64,000 nt of DNA from the NCBI GenBank assembly GCA_951804945.1, contig OX638149.1:79360001-79424000 (forward strand), in the 5' to 3' direction. Source of the stretch: Podarcis cretensis. Taxonomy: Eukaryota. Below the pieces are notes generated by a model. It searched no databases, was not told the origin of the DNA, and saw only the letters and a list, made by a program, of their open reading frames with translations. Positions 1 to 14,186 of the stretch are shown piece by piece (within the stretch, counting starts at the first letter, position 1; each line of letters opens with the position of its first letter). The translations under genes and the position numbers were made by a program.

Positions 1-390
1 CACCACTCTCCGGCTTTCTGTCATCTAAACTAGAAGGGTAGTTAGTTCTGGTTCTTGTTTATTTATTTATTAAAATGTCACATTTTAAACCTGAGCTTTC
101 AGGAATCGTAAAATAATGTATGTGGAAATGAAGAATTTATCAACTTGTGATATAAATTAGAGATAAAAATATAGATTCGCAGTCACAGAGTTGGCTAAAC
201 TTTTTTATTTATTTCATCAGCTGGCTGTGATCCAGAAAGCACCATCTTGGCATTGCACAAGGGTATATACACATGTGTGCAAAAAATGCTCTGTGGAATG
301 GAACAATGTTTCTCTCTTGTCTGAAGCAAGGCCATTCCAATCAGTTGAACAAATACTATGAGTGAATAGGAGGGGCTGTTACCTCCACTT

Positions 391-520
391 CAGGAAAGGG
401 GAACTTGCAGCCTTGCAGCTGTTGGACTCCCAACATCAGCCACTACCAGCATGGCCTATAATTACAGGTGATGGAAACTGTAGTCCAGCAACATCTGGAG
501 GCCCACAGGTTCCCCATCCT
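391..520. mobile_element. hAT-like palindromic MITE (degenerate copy; related copies near 11454-11550, 23214-23351, 27300-27392, 34909-35050, 56560-56688)
   Basis: Inverted ends GGGGAACTTG...CAGGTTCCCC and internal inverted GGACT.../...GTAGTCC motif shared with the copy at 9685. Confidence 0.65.
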
Positions 521-571
521 TTTCCTTATTAGATCTTTAACCTGAAAACTCTGGGAAATCCTAATGCTTAT

Positions 572-687
572 GGGTGGTATTCAACTAAATTTTACTCAGA
601 GGAGACCTATTGAAATTAATAGACCTAACTTAGCCATGTTCGTTAATTTCAGTGGGTCGGCTCTGAGTAAAACTTAGTTGAATACCC
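572..687. mobile_element. Short palindromic MITE/hairpin repeat
   Basis: GGTATTCAACTAAATTTTACTCAGAG ... CTCTGAGTAAAACTTAGTTGAATACC near-perfect inverted arms. Confidence 0.7.
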
Positions 688-3339
688 TCTGGTAATTTTC
701 ACGTGGAAACAGATAGGATTTGAATGTGTGTTTTCTGCAAAAAGCGTGTCTAGTGAATACACATTTGTGCAGGGGTGTTTTTTTTAGTGTGCTGAATCTA
801 GCTTCCTTTGTGTGGCTACACTTATGTAAGGCTGTGCATTGCTGAATGTTCTTGTGGATGGAAATGCTTTGAGGTTGTTCTAACACTGATTTTTTTCCCA
901 AAAACAAAAAAAAACATTAAATTGAAAACTGTAATTTTTCTGTGACTTCAGTGAGCTCCTTTGGACCATGCATGACATCAGTCAGAAGGCCAGCAGTGGT
1001 CTTTTTCTTTGAATCTGCTACCTCCTTTCCCAAGAGTATTTTTTAGCCCCGCCTACGCAGCTATTTCCTCAGTGATGTGAATTGATTAGTGCTTGTCGTT
1101 TGATGTTCAAAATGGTGCTGGAGAGTTGGGTGTTAAGGTGGTGAAAAGCTCCCTCATTATTACTCTTATTTATCTGTGCTGACTGTGCTCTTGGTGTTTT
1201 TTTCTGGTTTTGTCATGTGGCACTGGCATGCTTTGAGGGCTTCTAAGGGCGTTCCATTTCAGAAGAATCCCTCTTCTTAGGTTCTGCTTTCTTGGTGTAG
1301 TTCCTCGATCAATTGCAGCTAAGAAAGTGGGGGGGGGGGAGTCCAATAAATCCCTTTATGGGTTATGTGCCCTGATTATATATTCATTTCAGTAATTCAA
1401 ATCTGTTGACAACATGTTCAACCAGATAATCTTCATTTTAGGTTAACTATTTATTTGCTGGTACTAAAAAGGATTCTGTTGCCAGTCATCTTGGCCACCC
1501 ATTTGTTAAGTGGTGCTTCTAGTACAGTAATGTTTCAATTTCCAACAATGGCCATTGTGTGTGCGTGCAATTTTTGTTTGTGAGGCTTACAATCCCTGAA
1601 TGGTGTGTATCAGTTAACACCTTTATGATGCTGTGTATCCTGTTGCTGTAGGAAACCTGGACAATTATTGTACTGTTTTCTGAAACTGCTGCTTAAAAGT
1701 AAAATTAAAAAAGAGCAAACTTTTTCTCTTGGAGAGTTTTAAAAATAACTTTTTTTGTGAACTGTCATGTTAAATAAATATTCTAAATAGAACTTAATCC
1801 ATTTCTCCAGTGCCGTGAGGGTTTTGTTTATGTGTTTAACTTCTATTTCTGCACTTCACAACATTGGCTGGATGTAGAGAGGTACTTGTCTCCATTTTTC
1901 AATTTGAGAATCAAGAGTACACCTATCCTGGTCTACATACTAATTACTCATTGACCTTCAATTGGCTGTTTTAAATGGGCTTGTGAATTCTCCTGCACAA
2001 ATCCAGATTGTGACACATCAATATCCTGGGGAAAAAATATTCTACAAGTTTCCTGGTTAACACTCATGACAGCATGGTAAAAATCTACCTAAAATTTCAC
2101 CTCAAAGAAACACCGAAAAATCCAGCCCTCAAGAGCTAGCATAACATGTGCAGGTTTAATGTAATAACATATGCACTAACCTCCCAGATAGAGAGCCCAC
2201 ATAGGTCCTAGTAACCTTTCAGCACCCTAGAGTCAAGCTGTTTTTGAACTCTGCTCAAAGCCAAGCTGGAGGGTACTTGAATATAATTTGATAAAGCTCC
2301 AGCTTGCTTACCAAGTTTTAAGTCAGGACACCCCCCCACACACACAAACAAATTAGAAGACCAGGCAGATATTGTAGATGTTTTCCATCTGGGATAACTT
2401 CCCTTTAATGTATTGAGTTGGACTAGAAGATCAAGGTTCCTTTTGTGAAATTTAACTGGCTCCTTAGTTTCTCCACAGATGGTCTTAATGTTGAAATGTT
2501 GAATCTTGCTATATCAAGAAGGCTGGTGCCATGCATCACTAATACAGTACCATTTAAAGGCCATTCTGCTTCCATGGAAACACAACTACGCAAGACGAAT
2601 GTGCGTGTGCACATCCCTACAGACTCTGAGCTCATTGTGTGATGCCAAGATAGTGACACAGACACAAGTTAGCCATTTATCACTTTCAGAGCCTCACACC
2701 TTCCCTGTGGGATTTATGCTGGAAAACAGAGCAGCCAATCTACTGCTTAGCACTATGTCTTAAATTCTCCTGAATTGTCTGAACTGGGAATTTTATGTGT
2801 TTCATTTGAGTGACAGCTGAATAAAACAACTGGGTAACCTGGACATGTCCTGCATTTCCCCTTTTCCTAAATTCTTTCTTAAACACTGGGTGGTCTTTTT
2901 CCGAAAGCAATAGTCACATGGTTCATTTTGGAGCTTGCTTCTCTCCATCTCCCCACCCTCAACAGAACAGGCGACTGCCATCTGCTGGCCACTTGTAATT
3001 TTTTTCCTGGTTGGCATAGTTAGCTCTGCCCACCTTATGACATTAAAAAAAAGTGGGTGTGGATTGTGATTTCACTGTGATAGTTGCTGTATCCCCACCA
3101 TAAAGTGCAGAAGGAAGAGGAGGCATATCCCAGACCCAAGGATCCTCTATGAACCTTTGCTGTGATGATGGTGCAATAAATGTAATACATTGAGGGCCTT
3201 CACTTGGAGAGATTTCAAATCACTTAGTTCAGTTACCCATCACTTTCATTCAGTTTACATTGTGCCTTCAGTGCAGAGTCCTAATGCAATTTACTGCATA
3301 AATAAGGGGGGACACGTAAATTAAGATTAAAACAAGAGC

Positions 3340-3770
3340 AACTGAAAAGCAATTCCATCAGAGATTTAAAATCTGGAAAGCCAAAAAGTCTTTTTACTTG
3401 GTCTCAAAAAGACTGCAGTGCAAGAAACAGGCAAGCCTCCCTACAGAGAATGCTTCACAAATGGGTGCCACGACTATGATGCCTGTCTGCATGTGTCCCA
3501 GCTGCCTTGATGCAGATAGCAGGAACACCTGTAGGAAAGCTTTGTGGACTATTTAAGTGTATGGGGAGGCTCATACTGAAGTACACCTGGATAGGTACCC
3601 ATGCCATTTAGGGCTTTTGAAGGTAAGCACTCACAGGTCAAACCGTGCAAGGAAATGGAGCAGAAACCAGTGGAAAGTTTTGAGCACTGGCAAAATACAC
3701 TCCCACCAACGGAGCCCAGCTAGTATCCTAGAGACCATGTTTAGGGCCAATTAATTTACTGTAGTCCATT
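3340..3770 (-). mobile_element. Old LINE (L2-like) fragment
   Basis: Degenerate resemblance to squamate L2 3' region; recognised by eye only. Confidence 0.35.
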
Positions 3771-4842
3771 CTGGAAGGTACCGAAGCATGGAAAACACTT
3801 TCTAAACAACTTGTGTTGAACCCCTGGCACAAGAGATTTTATGAAAGGTACAGTGAAAATGAACCTTGAATTTCAAATGCTGGACTACAAAAGGTAAAAA
3901 GAAGGAAACAATGCAACAGAATGGATGCTGGCATTTATTTATTTTGCAGTGGGGAGTTTTGTTGGCAAACTCAAGAAATAACAGTAAGTTTGAAAGCATT
4001 CCAATACATTTTTCCACTATCCCATACTCCCTTTGGGAACGCCGGAATGGCTTACATGGGAGCTTGCTGTAGACTCCCTTTCAGTACTGATTAGTCGAAA
4101 TACCTTTTTAAAAAATTCCACCAAACTTAAGATATTATTGCGAATGTCTTAGGTGTTTTAATTTTGAATTGCAACCTGCCCTGGGACTGGCTGGGGAAAG
4201 GCAGGTAATAAAATTTAATAATATAAAATAATGGTTGGCTACACAGCGGTCTGGCTGCAATACACAGGAACAATTATACTTAAAGCACCTCCATTGGAGG
4301 TCAATTGATTGAGCATTAAGATGCAGCATTTCTTTCAAAAACACTGTTCTTGTTTATTTAAATGAGGTAAAATTAGAGACTCGAGAACCTTTTGCAACAG
4401 ATTTGTATCTGACTTTTTAAATGCATTTTCAAAATGTAGTTTCAGCTAGGTACGGGAAATCAGACATATGGAAATCAGAGGCCAGATGATGCTCTGCAAT
4501 CTGATTATTCTCTTATGAAGAAGCTCTATGAGTGGCTATCTCAAGACTGAGGAAGGCCCAAGACCTCTCCTCCAGGATTATTTTTCTGTCTAAATGGCTA
4601 CTAGTCATGATGACTATGCTCTGCCTCCACAGTTGGAGGTCACAATGATTCTGAATACCAGCTGCTGAAAAATCACAGGAGAGGAGGGTGTTCTTGTACA
4701 TGAATTCTGCTTGCAGGTTTCCCAGAGGTACCTGTGAGAGCTGAATGCTGGAATAGAAAGGTGACTGCCCTGATCCGGCAGACTTTTCTTATGTTCTTAA
4801 TATTTTTTCTAGGAAGCAGGAGTAGATCCATCTCCTGCAATA

Positions 4843-5254
4843 TTTTTTTTTTTTAAAAAAAATATTTTATTAAAATTTCAAAATACATAATAAAAAAGAA
4901 AAAAGAGAAAAATATAACCAACCGTTCAATAAAGCTTTTCTTATATAACTAACTGGACTTCCTCACATCTCCTTACCCTGCATTATTTATAATCAGAATG
5001 TCAGCAAATTATTACCTTATTTCATACCTTATTTTGTACTTTCCAAATATTATACTTCTAAATTTAAAGTAATTTTTATCAATTACCCATACCTTAAAAT
5101 TAAACAAAATATTGCCTTAAATTATGACCTTTTCTTACTTATAACTTTATTTTCTATTTTACAAAGCCTATTTGCTGGAGCTGGTATTATCTAAATCATA
5201 CAAATACTTAACATTCATACAACTTATAATATTTTTGTAGATAATCCTTAAACT
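4843..5254 (-). mobile_element. 5'-truncated L1 (3' end of ORF2, 3' UTR, polyA)
   Basis: Perfect 18-bp TSD GATCCATCTCCTGCAATA at 4825-4842 and 5255-5272; poly-T/TTTATT on + (tail on -); minus frame ends ...QFKDYLQKYYKLYEC* like lizard L1 ORF2 termini. Confidence 0.85.
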
Positions 5255-5589
5255 GATCCATCTCCTGCAATAGCAACAGAGCTGAGGACCGAAGCTTTAC
5301 TGACTCAGCCAGGTCCAGTTGCCCTGTGTCTATACCGTAGATATGGCGGAGGTGGGTGGGTGGGAGAATGTTTTCAAAGCAAAAGCATCTGGTTTCACAG
5401 ACAACAGCAAAGATCAATTAGCTTAAATCCCAATTTATCTCAGTGGGAGCTTTGTTTGGTAGGGAGAGTGGAGCCTCATGTTGATTCCACCACCCTCAAA
5501 ATGAGAGGCCTAACCCTAACAAACCTTTTACCAGGCAAACTTCTAGCACCATTCGGAACGGCCAAGTAGACAAATGCAAAGGACCTCTT

Positions 5590-5835
5590 CCTCCCACGCC
5601 GCCATCGGCCCCTCCCTTGGTCCCGCCCACCCGGGGTGTCCCCGCCCACTTTCCCCGCCTCTCTCCTCCTCAGCTTCATGCGGGTCTGCAGTGAGGCATT
5701 GTGGGAAACTCCCAGGGTATTTTCCTCCCCCTCCTTTCCCCCTGCTCTTCATCCGTTCCTCCTCTCTGCGGAACAGCCAGCTTCCAAGGTGTGACATCAG
5801 CAAACAGAAGCCCTAAGGTGGAAGTAAAGGTATGG
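5590..5835 (+). promoter_or_regulatory. CEND1: GC-box promoter and candidate non-coding first exon of CEND1 (donor AAG|GTATGG after 5829)
   Basis: Local CpG enrichment with several CCCGCCC/CCCGCCT Sp/KLF boxes followed by a good 5' splice site; nearest downstream + strand gene is CEND1. Confidence 0.55.
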
Positions 5836-6042
5836 GTCGTTTGTTTTACCCTCGGTCTTCTGGAACATTATAGAAGACCCCCCCCCCCCGAGTAAGGGAA
5901 ATAGGTAGGCAGGCAAAGAGGGATGTGCACGGAGGAGGGAGGGGGGATGGTGGAGGAGAATGTTTTTGCATGCAGGTGAATAGAGGTAGAGCTGCTTGTT
6001 TCAAGCTGCCTGGGCATCTCTGAGAGCGGGAGAGGTCACTGG

Positions 6043-6056
6043 GTTGCTATGATAAC
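6043..6056. promoter_or_regulatory. RFX X-box-like palindrome GTTGCTATGATAAC
   Basis: Close match to the GTTGCYATGGYAAC consensus; extra GGCAAC half-sites near 6069 and 6108. Confidence 0.55.
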
Positions 6057-9000
6057 AGCATTTCAGTTGGCAACCCTGGCTTTCCTTGGTGCATTTGTCC
6101 TGATTCTGGCAACTGATGCCACCTGAGCAAAGTAGGGATGGGGCGGGGGCAGGGGGGAAACACCTGTGAAATGCGTTTTGAGTGCTACACCCAGGTCTCC
6201 TGTGCCACGTTTTCTTCCTTGAAGGTCAGATGGTGGGTGTGAGCAGAAGCGGAATACAGACGTCCTACCTAACCTGGGGGTTATATAGCACGGCAGAATG
6301 TCATCTGCGTTTTGATTTGGTCATTGTGCAGCCAGTGCTGCCCAAGCATAACGATTGCAGTGGCTGCCCAGGAGAATTTCTGGCAAGACTTTTTCCGGAG
6401 AAGATTTAACATCCGTCTCTGAGAAATAGATGAGAATTAGAGCATGCTGGCACAATCTAGCAACGCAACTATTTTTTATAATTTAAATTTAGAAAGTCGG
6501 GCTGATGCTATTGTGAAATCAGGTGTGTTTATTTAAGGCATATTTTATAAACTAAAATAGATAGAATTGGGAGAGAAATAGGCACCCCTCTTTGTTTTAA
6601 TCTTGTAACATTAATGGCACACTTTTCCAGCTTGAATAATCTTTTATGCTATATTTTGCATTGGGTGTTTCATTCTCTTTCCTTATTTAGCCATCAGTCC
6701 TGCATGTAAGATGCCAAACCAAACATTGGCTTGCTTGATCAAACCTTTTGAAATTTTAAGCTTAGGGTTGTATGCCCCCCCCTCCACTTTATGCTAGAAA
6801 AGTGTGTATCTGCGCCTGTAAAATTCTATTAAAAGAAAAGGGGTAGTTCAATGATGCATACTGCATCCTAGCTTTCTTCTGATATTTTACATCTATCTAA
6901 AACTAGTTGGGAAATGGGAGGAACCTAGTGGTAAAGTGGTAGTTGCTCTTAGCTCTAAAATAGGCCCTTGTGCATTGTTCCCGGGGGAAGGAGGAGGAGG
7001 AAACACTCAACCTAGTGGGTATTGGAATTCATGCTGAGCTATGGGACATCTGTATGATGCTGGAAGCTCTAATATTTAGTGTATTTCTGCCTTTGTACTG
7101 CCATGTATTCTTCACCTTGTGCCTGGAAAATACCTGTTGGTGTGGCCTTTTCCTTTAAAAAAGAGTGCCAGGTTTTTCCAAGCATTCAGAAGTTGAGGCT
7201 TTAAAGCTCTCAAATGAGGGCTGCCCCTCTCCCCAATACTGAGCAGCCTGCAATTGCTAGAAGGTATTAGCGTACTTCACTAACTGAAAACTGGAGATTT
7301 CTGGAAATCTTCACCCTTCAGCTATAGCAAGTCCCAGTGAAATCAGAGTGGACATGTGTACAACTGCACCGCTGGGGCAGGATTGCTTGAGGTTGTTTAT
7401 TTTGAAGGCCTGACCCTTATTCCATAACTCTGAATTATAGTTTCAGCAGAATACAGTTGATACCTTTATTATGTCTAGAACACCCCTGTTCCATAGCACT
7501 CTATGGAATACCTTCACCAGAGATCCAAAATATAAATTGGGTAACAATTCAGAGCAAGCTATGTGCCCTCAAGTTCCATTTAATTCAGCACACCCTTCCT
7601 CCTGCAGGTTTTCTATTTGTTCTTTAATGGGGATTCAGTACTTTAATGGGGATTCTGCCTAACTTGCACAGGAATTTGCTCTTATTTTTTAATTGAACAG
7701 CTTTTGGGGGCGTGTTTTGGTATATCATAGCTGTTCAGTATTTCCCAAGCTTGGGTTACATGATCATCTCCTTTACATAGGTGCCATAAGAAGGGGAACA
7801 TTCACTCTCTCTTTGCTATTGTGGGTGATGCTGGTGGAGCAATTAAGGGAAACTAGGATGGCCAGAAATCAACTGGCTTCTTTGCAGGCTTTCCTTATTA
7901 TTAGACATGCAGAACATCTGATCTCTTGGGCATGCATTTTCATGCTTTCACCAATGAGTTCTGGATGAAAGCTACTTTGAAAGCTACTTCTACCGCTATC
8001 TTCTAAAGGTGTGGCAAAATAAAACTCAAGACACTCATAGAGTCCTGGCATTCTTGGTCTCCTTTGCCATCACTTGCTCCTCTGGCATTTTTCCACTGCT
8101 GCCTCTTGGCAAGCTTCAGGCCTCCATTTCCTTGTGGTCAGGCCTTTGCTCGCTGCAGCAGAAGGGAGGAAGAATTTACTGGCTTCCTTTCCCTCCTCAA
8201 TAACATTGCAATAAATAATCCCTCATGGAGAGTGTGTGTGGATGATGAGTCAATGATGCTTATATATTTTCCACTAGATAATGTCCTTCTCAGCATTACT
8301 GGGGAATAAGTAAGAGGGGAAGCACTGTTTTTGTTGGTTAGTGAGGTAGAATCTGAGTAGGCCTGAGCTTTCCATGGCCACCCCAGGGAGCTTGTGCTCT
8401 TCTTTGCTAAAGGTCGTTGCCTCAAGCTGGGTCAGGATCTCTGTCTGCAATGGCTTCTTGAATTTCAAGTGCGACACGGCAGCTTTGAGCCAGCGCCTGC
8501 AACGTTCGGGGCCTTGCGAGATTTCCAACCCAGTCATTTGTCTGCCATAGCAGAGCAAACAGGGGAATTGTTGGGTGACACATCCGGGGCATAGCTTTGA
8601 ACTGAGTTACAGGGAAACAGAAGTTACTAGTTATCAGGAACGCTGATAAGATAAATAGAGCCATCATTCTCAATGGAGCCATTGTTCATCATTGTTTTGT
8701 GGCACTGGAGCTTTTTGTTCTTCTTATGGTTTTATCTATCTCTGTATTCAACAAGCAGAGAGAAGGAAAAGTCCATGGGCCCACCATGGCTTGGATACAG
8801 AAAGAAAGAAAAGCAGGTGGCAGGGTGACGGTGTTATGACTCAGTCAGACTGAACTCATGTTTGATGAACCAACTTCTATGCCAACTTTATACCTCTGCA
8901 AGCTTAACAGCCTGTCCAGGGCAACAACTCTGTGTGGCAATTAAGTATCCCTAACTCCATTCAGAGATGGAAAAGATGACATGCCTATATTGGAGGACTG

Positions 9001-9684
9001 AGGGTTGGTTTACATGTTTGTTTATCCTGAGCTAGGAACAGATCTGACAGGATAATGCACACACTTCAGGCCACTCATCAAACCCTGCAGGGTTGACTTC
9101 AGGCCTGAGGACGCCCTGACCCTGAGCTTGAGCCGCTAAGCAGGCTCCATGTTATGCTGATGGCCTCTTCAGGTGGGGAGCAACAGCGACAGCACACTTG
9201 TGAGCTTTGGGTAGATTTGAAACCATTTTGATTTTGCAGTGTCCCCACATAGCATTGCTCTAGGAAACAAAAATGAGGGTTTTTAGACCCCAATGGGAGC
9301 CACTGTGGATTTCATTGAAAGGAGCCTGCACAATGGGTCTTGCCAGGGTCCCGAGGCTTTGGCAGTTGCCCAGTGTTTCTATGTGCTGATGATGGGACTT
9401 CCTCCCAGCTGCCAGTTACTCCAGTCACGAGGTGCCCCATTTTGTTCTTCACAGCTCTGCTGTCTTAATTTGTTAACTCTCAGTGAAGATTCTGGGATGT
9501 CCTACCTGCTTTGAAGGAGCAACTCCTCTCCCAAAAGCGTGTGTGTGTTGTATCTCTATGTGTGGTGGGTATGCACATAAGGGAGTGTGCAGTTGACACA
9601 CCACTACTCTTGGAGGGTTGCCCAAATCTTTTGTGTGGTCCTTAGGCTGAAAAAGGTTAGCCACACGTGCTATAGGCTCTAGTG

Positions 9685-9820
9685 CAGGGTTTCCCAAAAT
9701 TGGGGCTCCAGCTATTTTTGGACTACTGTTCCCCTCATCCCTGACTACTAGTCCTGCTAGCTAGGAACGATGGGATTTGTAGTCCAACAACAGCTGGAGA
9801 CCCAAGTTTGGGAAACCCTT
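9685..9820. mobile_element. hAT-like MITE
   Basis: TIRs AGGGTTTCCCAAA / TTTGGGAAACCCT, palindromic body, imperfect 8-bp TSD ctctagtg/ttgtagtg. Confidence 0.8.
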
Positions 9821-12800
9821 TTGTAGTGGGACGGCTGCAGCCAAAGATTTGGAAACTCACTAAATAATGTATGATCCACCCCAATCCCATCCAGTGGGGG
9901 GGGGGGGAATGCCTGTTTATACAATTGGTAAAATCAAGTGACAAGATACAAGCTTGAGGGAGGGGAGGTGCATGCTTGAATCTGACACATATAGTCCTTG
10001 GCACTTAGTAAGCCAGTATGTCAGGCTGAGTTCTAGGGCAGAGCCCATCTCCCTGACAACCCTTTTTAGGGTCAGGAAATATTTCACAGGTGACTATTCA
10101 AAGATGGAACCACCTACTTGTAGCCTGAAGTTAAGCTTTTTCTCTTTCGGGACAGACTCAATCACTTGATGCTGCTGACTGTACAAACTTGCCCTGACTA
10201 ACCGACTATTTGCTCTGCTAAGGGGTAGAAGTACTGTGGCAGCCATTTTGTCATGACCATGGAACTGGGCTGTACGGGATTCTGGGGTTTTGCTTCTGCA
10301 CCTTGAGAAAGTGTGGCCAATGTTCCAGCGCAGTGTCATGATCAGCATGAAAAGGGAAAGTGAACTCTGAGGGGACAGGCCTGTCTCTTTCCTGCTCTCT
10401 GATATCGCAGTTTGTTAAAGCAATTGCCAGCATTAGACTCTGTGGGCTGTGTCAGAATTCAAAAGGAAAAGACTGGTGGGCTTAGAGTGTGTGTCATAAA
10501 TATATATTTTTAAAAAATGGGTCAGCATTGCTTCCTGGGCCTCCTGAGTGCCAGTCAGCTGACTAAGCGATGATGGTTTTGCAAAAACATTTCACGGTGT
10601 GCTGCAAAACCGCCACGTGGTCCCAAAGGCTGCTTTGTGTGTCACAAAATCCCTATACAGGAAGTATCTCCGGCCTGGTGACAGATGTGCAGCCTCCGCA
10701 GAGATCACACGTGACAACTTGCATACGCAGGCTTCCTTGATGCTGACGGGAATCTGTGGCTAACAAAGAGTACACATGTGCTTTTCCACACAAGGCATTA
10801 TTCTGCAGGTGGATCCAGTCAGAAGAGTCACTTGCCCATATCAGCTGGTGTCTCGACAGAGCCCTGAGATATGGTAACTTGGCTAAAGTGATAATTAAGA
10901 CAGGTTTTGAAAATGACTTTTCCAGGTTCAACTTCAGCTGCTGTAAAGTCTACAAAAGGGCATCGCTTCCAGGGTCAGAACATGGATACCCCTAGTTTTA
11001 TAAACCAAGGTCTTGTTCACAAATACAATTGCTTAGTCCTTCAAACGTCTCTGAGCATAGAATTGCTTGTCAAAATGGGCAGTGCTTGTTAGGTGGGAAG
11101 AAAGTTGGTGGCTGTTCATTTTTGCTTTGCTCCTTGGTGGTGTTTTCCTTTCTGACACAGGAAGTGATCTGAGGCATCGCTCTGTTGAGACACTGAAGAA
11201 GAACAGCTGCTTAAGAAGGCACAGGTCAGAGAGTTTTGATGGGAGAAGAATTAGAATGGAGGAATAACAGTAACAAAAAACAAACAAAACCAGAAGTCAT
11301 GAGCATAGTGGATTGAAACTTCAGTGCCCGGAGCCCCGCAGGAGATGAATAGCCTGACTGTCCGTTTACTTCAGAGTGATGTGTCCACAGTTCAAAGGGT
11401 GAGGGGCGGGGAAGCTTCACTAGGCTGCTGTTGGTTTGGTGGTGGGTTCCCTAACCCGGTGCTTTCTAGACATTGTTGGACTACAACTCCCATCATGACT
11501 GCACATGCAGCATGGTGGCAAGGAGTTGGAAGTCTAATTATGTGGAGTTGACCAGGCTGGTGAAGGCAGTTGTCTGTTTTGCAGTTGATACATTTGTAGA
11601 TGCTGTCTGGATATGAGGGGCCATCACTGACCAAGTGCTAGACCATACATTGCTTGTTGAATCTTTCTGTGCTGTCATCATTTGGGGCTGGTTTTGGAGA
11701 TTGCTCTTAATTTGTTTAGTGGTGGGGAGGGAAGGAAGAGTCCTACTCCTTCTACTGCGGTTGATGACTGCACTTAACTTTCTGTCAAAGCCAACATGAC
11801 ATTCACCTTGTCTTCAGCTATGTCAGATTTTTTAAAAAATAACACTAGGTAACAGGAACACAATCTTCACCAGGACCACAGTGCTTGGGGTGGGAGGAGT
11901 TCAACCCTTTCCTTCCCCTGCTAAGGATACAGCTGTTTTGGTTTTAATTCCTGACTTGGTTGCTGAAGACACAGATCTAGTGGGCTGGAAAATGTGTTTT
12001 GTAAAGCAACCGCTGGCCCTCTTTTACACCCGGAGACAGATGCTGTGTGGTTTCTCTTTAGAGTAGCAGCTCCATGAACTGCTTAGTAGCTGACAAAGGG
12101 AAACAGGGTGCCTGTACCCTTTGAATAGTTGTGTTAGAACTGGGAGTTTTTGCAGTTGCAGTTCAGCTTTGCTCAGCTGGACGTGACAAAGTCATCTACT
12201 CAAATCTCCCCCTGCTCTTTCTTCTTCCACTACTATTTATGTATGCAGGAGCCCCACCCTCCATTTCAAACTAGTTAGCTAGCAATATTATTAAGGCAGG
12301 AATTTTCCCTAAACATTTCAGCAAACTGCCCATTATCTTCTCTTAGCATGTATTGGAGCCACCCTAATTAGTGTGCACGCAATTTTCTACTCTTGACATG
12401 GCACTTTTGTACATTGATTCCAAAGTACTTCCAGGTGCTTCTACCTGTTGCTACAGGAACAGTTGCTGGCAACCAGGAAGCACAACAGGAAATGCTAATT
12501 TAGAGACATTGTATTGCAGGGTTATAGATCTATAGGAGCGGTTTTTTGGTTGGACAATACTTCTGTTATCTGGGCCAATCCTGCTAACCCATGTAATGCT
12601 AGTACTAATCTGAGTGGGCCTCTATAAGGACACAATAGCCCTGCTTGATCAGACCAAAGGCCTTTTTAATCCAGCATTCTGTGATGCTGAGACGAAAATT
12701 TTTCGTTGCAAAATGGTTGTTGCAATGGGCTGCAATATTCTAACTTGAACCTCTTCCAGAATATTGATTTTCCCCTCTGACCAAGAGCCTTGAGGTTCTT

Positions 12801-13975
12801 GTGCCACTGTGCCTGCCTCTGTTTCTAGTCTGACATCTTTCAAGAAGGGGATAATGGGCCCTGGAAAATGAGTGTTGAAGGGGAAGAGAACAGGCTTTTT
12901 GTAATTATGGCTCTTTACAGAAAAACTAGTGTGACTCATCTATTTGGTGTAGGGTGGATATCTTTCAGCAGCACAGATGGGAAAATAAAAGGGACAGATT
13001 AAATTTCTAGGCTTCTGGAGAAAGGAAGAGATGGCAAATGCTGGAAGGGGAGCAGAAATCCAGCAATTGCAGTGGTCAAGTTTATTAGAACCAGTAGGAC
13101 CCCCAACAAAATATGGAAGTACACCCCCCAAAAAATCCCTTTTCTCCACGACTCCAGCCTTTAGCTAGAAGGCATTTAAGCTAGCCAATTGTTTATTTCC
13201 CTCATTGGCAATCAATATTCCGTGGTTCCTGGAAGCCATTAAGCATGCTCAATACTCATTGGTCTGGGTTGTGGGAGTTTTGAGAGAATGGAGTCCCCTT
13301 TGAAACAGCCCCAGGACTCAGCTACTATTAGTAAACAACAACAGCAACAGCTTTGTAAATGCGTTATAAACATGCGACACCAGATGGCACTATAGAGCAC
13401 AAAACTTCTTAATATTCCCCCACATTCTAGCCTTTTGGGGCCTTTTGAAATTGAGTGATTTGAGCTCACTGTTAAAAGGAACAAGTGTGGCCTGCAGCAA
13501 AATGTTGCTGTGTTCTGATACCCTAAGAGATGTGTGCTTGTTGGTGGCTCCAGAGCCTTGCTGGTGCTGCTCAGTGTGAAGGTGGAGTTTCAGGAGTAGG
13601 ATGAAAGAAAGGGGGGGATTCTGTCCCCCCTCACCCTCTTGACTGTAAAAAGCAAACAAAAAACAACCTACTATGCAATTCTATAAATTTCAAATCAAAA
13701 GTAAATTCCATTTTGATTTCAATAGAGCATCCTCCCAAGTAAGTGGATATCAGATTATTCCCTGCCTCTTGAGTCACCACTGCAATAGCAAGATACCTTT
13801 CAGGAGCTAACTCTTTACTGAAACAATATATATATATATAGTGAGGGCAGAGCAATGCTAATCATGTCTACTCATAACTACGTAAATTGTATTTAATTCG
13901 CCAGGGTTTACTCCCAGCTAAAGGAGGTTAAGATTACATCCTAACTCTCCCTTTCCCTGCTGGAAAAGCCAAGTG

Positions 13976-13980
<5 letters not shown>

Positions 13981-14020
<40 letters not shown>
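13981..14020. repeat. (AC)n microsatellite
   Basis: Direct reading. Confidence 0.95.
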
Positions 14021-14026
<6 letters not shown>

Positions 14027-14186
14027 AGAGAGTGGGATGAAGATTTATGCATTCATTCCAATGAATTAATTCCCCCACTCCTCTCTGCCCTGAATTTATC
14101 AGTGTTCTGTTTGTTTGTTGTAATTTTTACAGTAAAGTTGCTTGTTTCTGTTGTACTGCTCCAGAAGAATCCCCCCCTGGGGATTA

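Larger units (their letters stand above)
1..1800 (+). other. Probable terminal 3' UTR of the upstream gene (SLC25A22 by synteny); poly(A) signal AATAAA at 1773-1778
   Basis: AT/GT-rich non-coding sequence ending in AATAAA followed by a GT-rich tract. Gene identity is inferred only from the conserved order SLC25A22-CEND1-GATD1-TALDO1-EPS8L2; no coding sequence is in the window. Confidence 0.4.
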
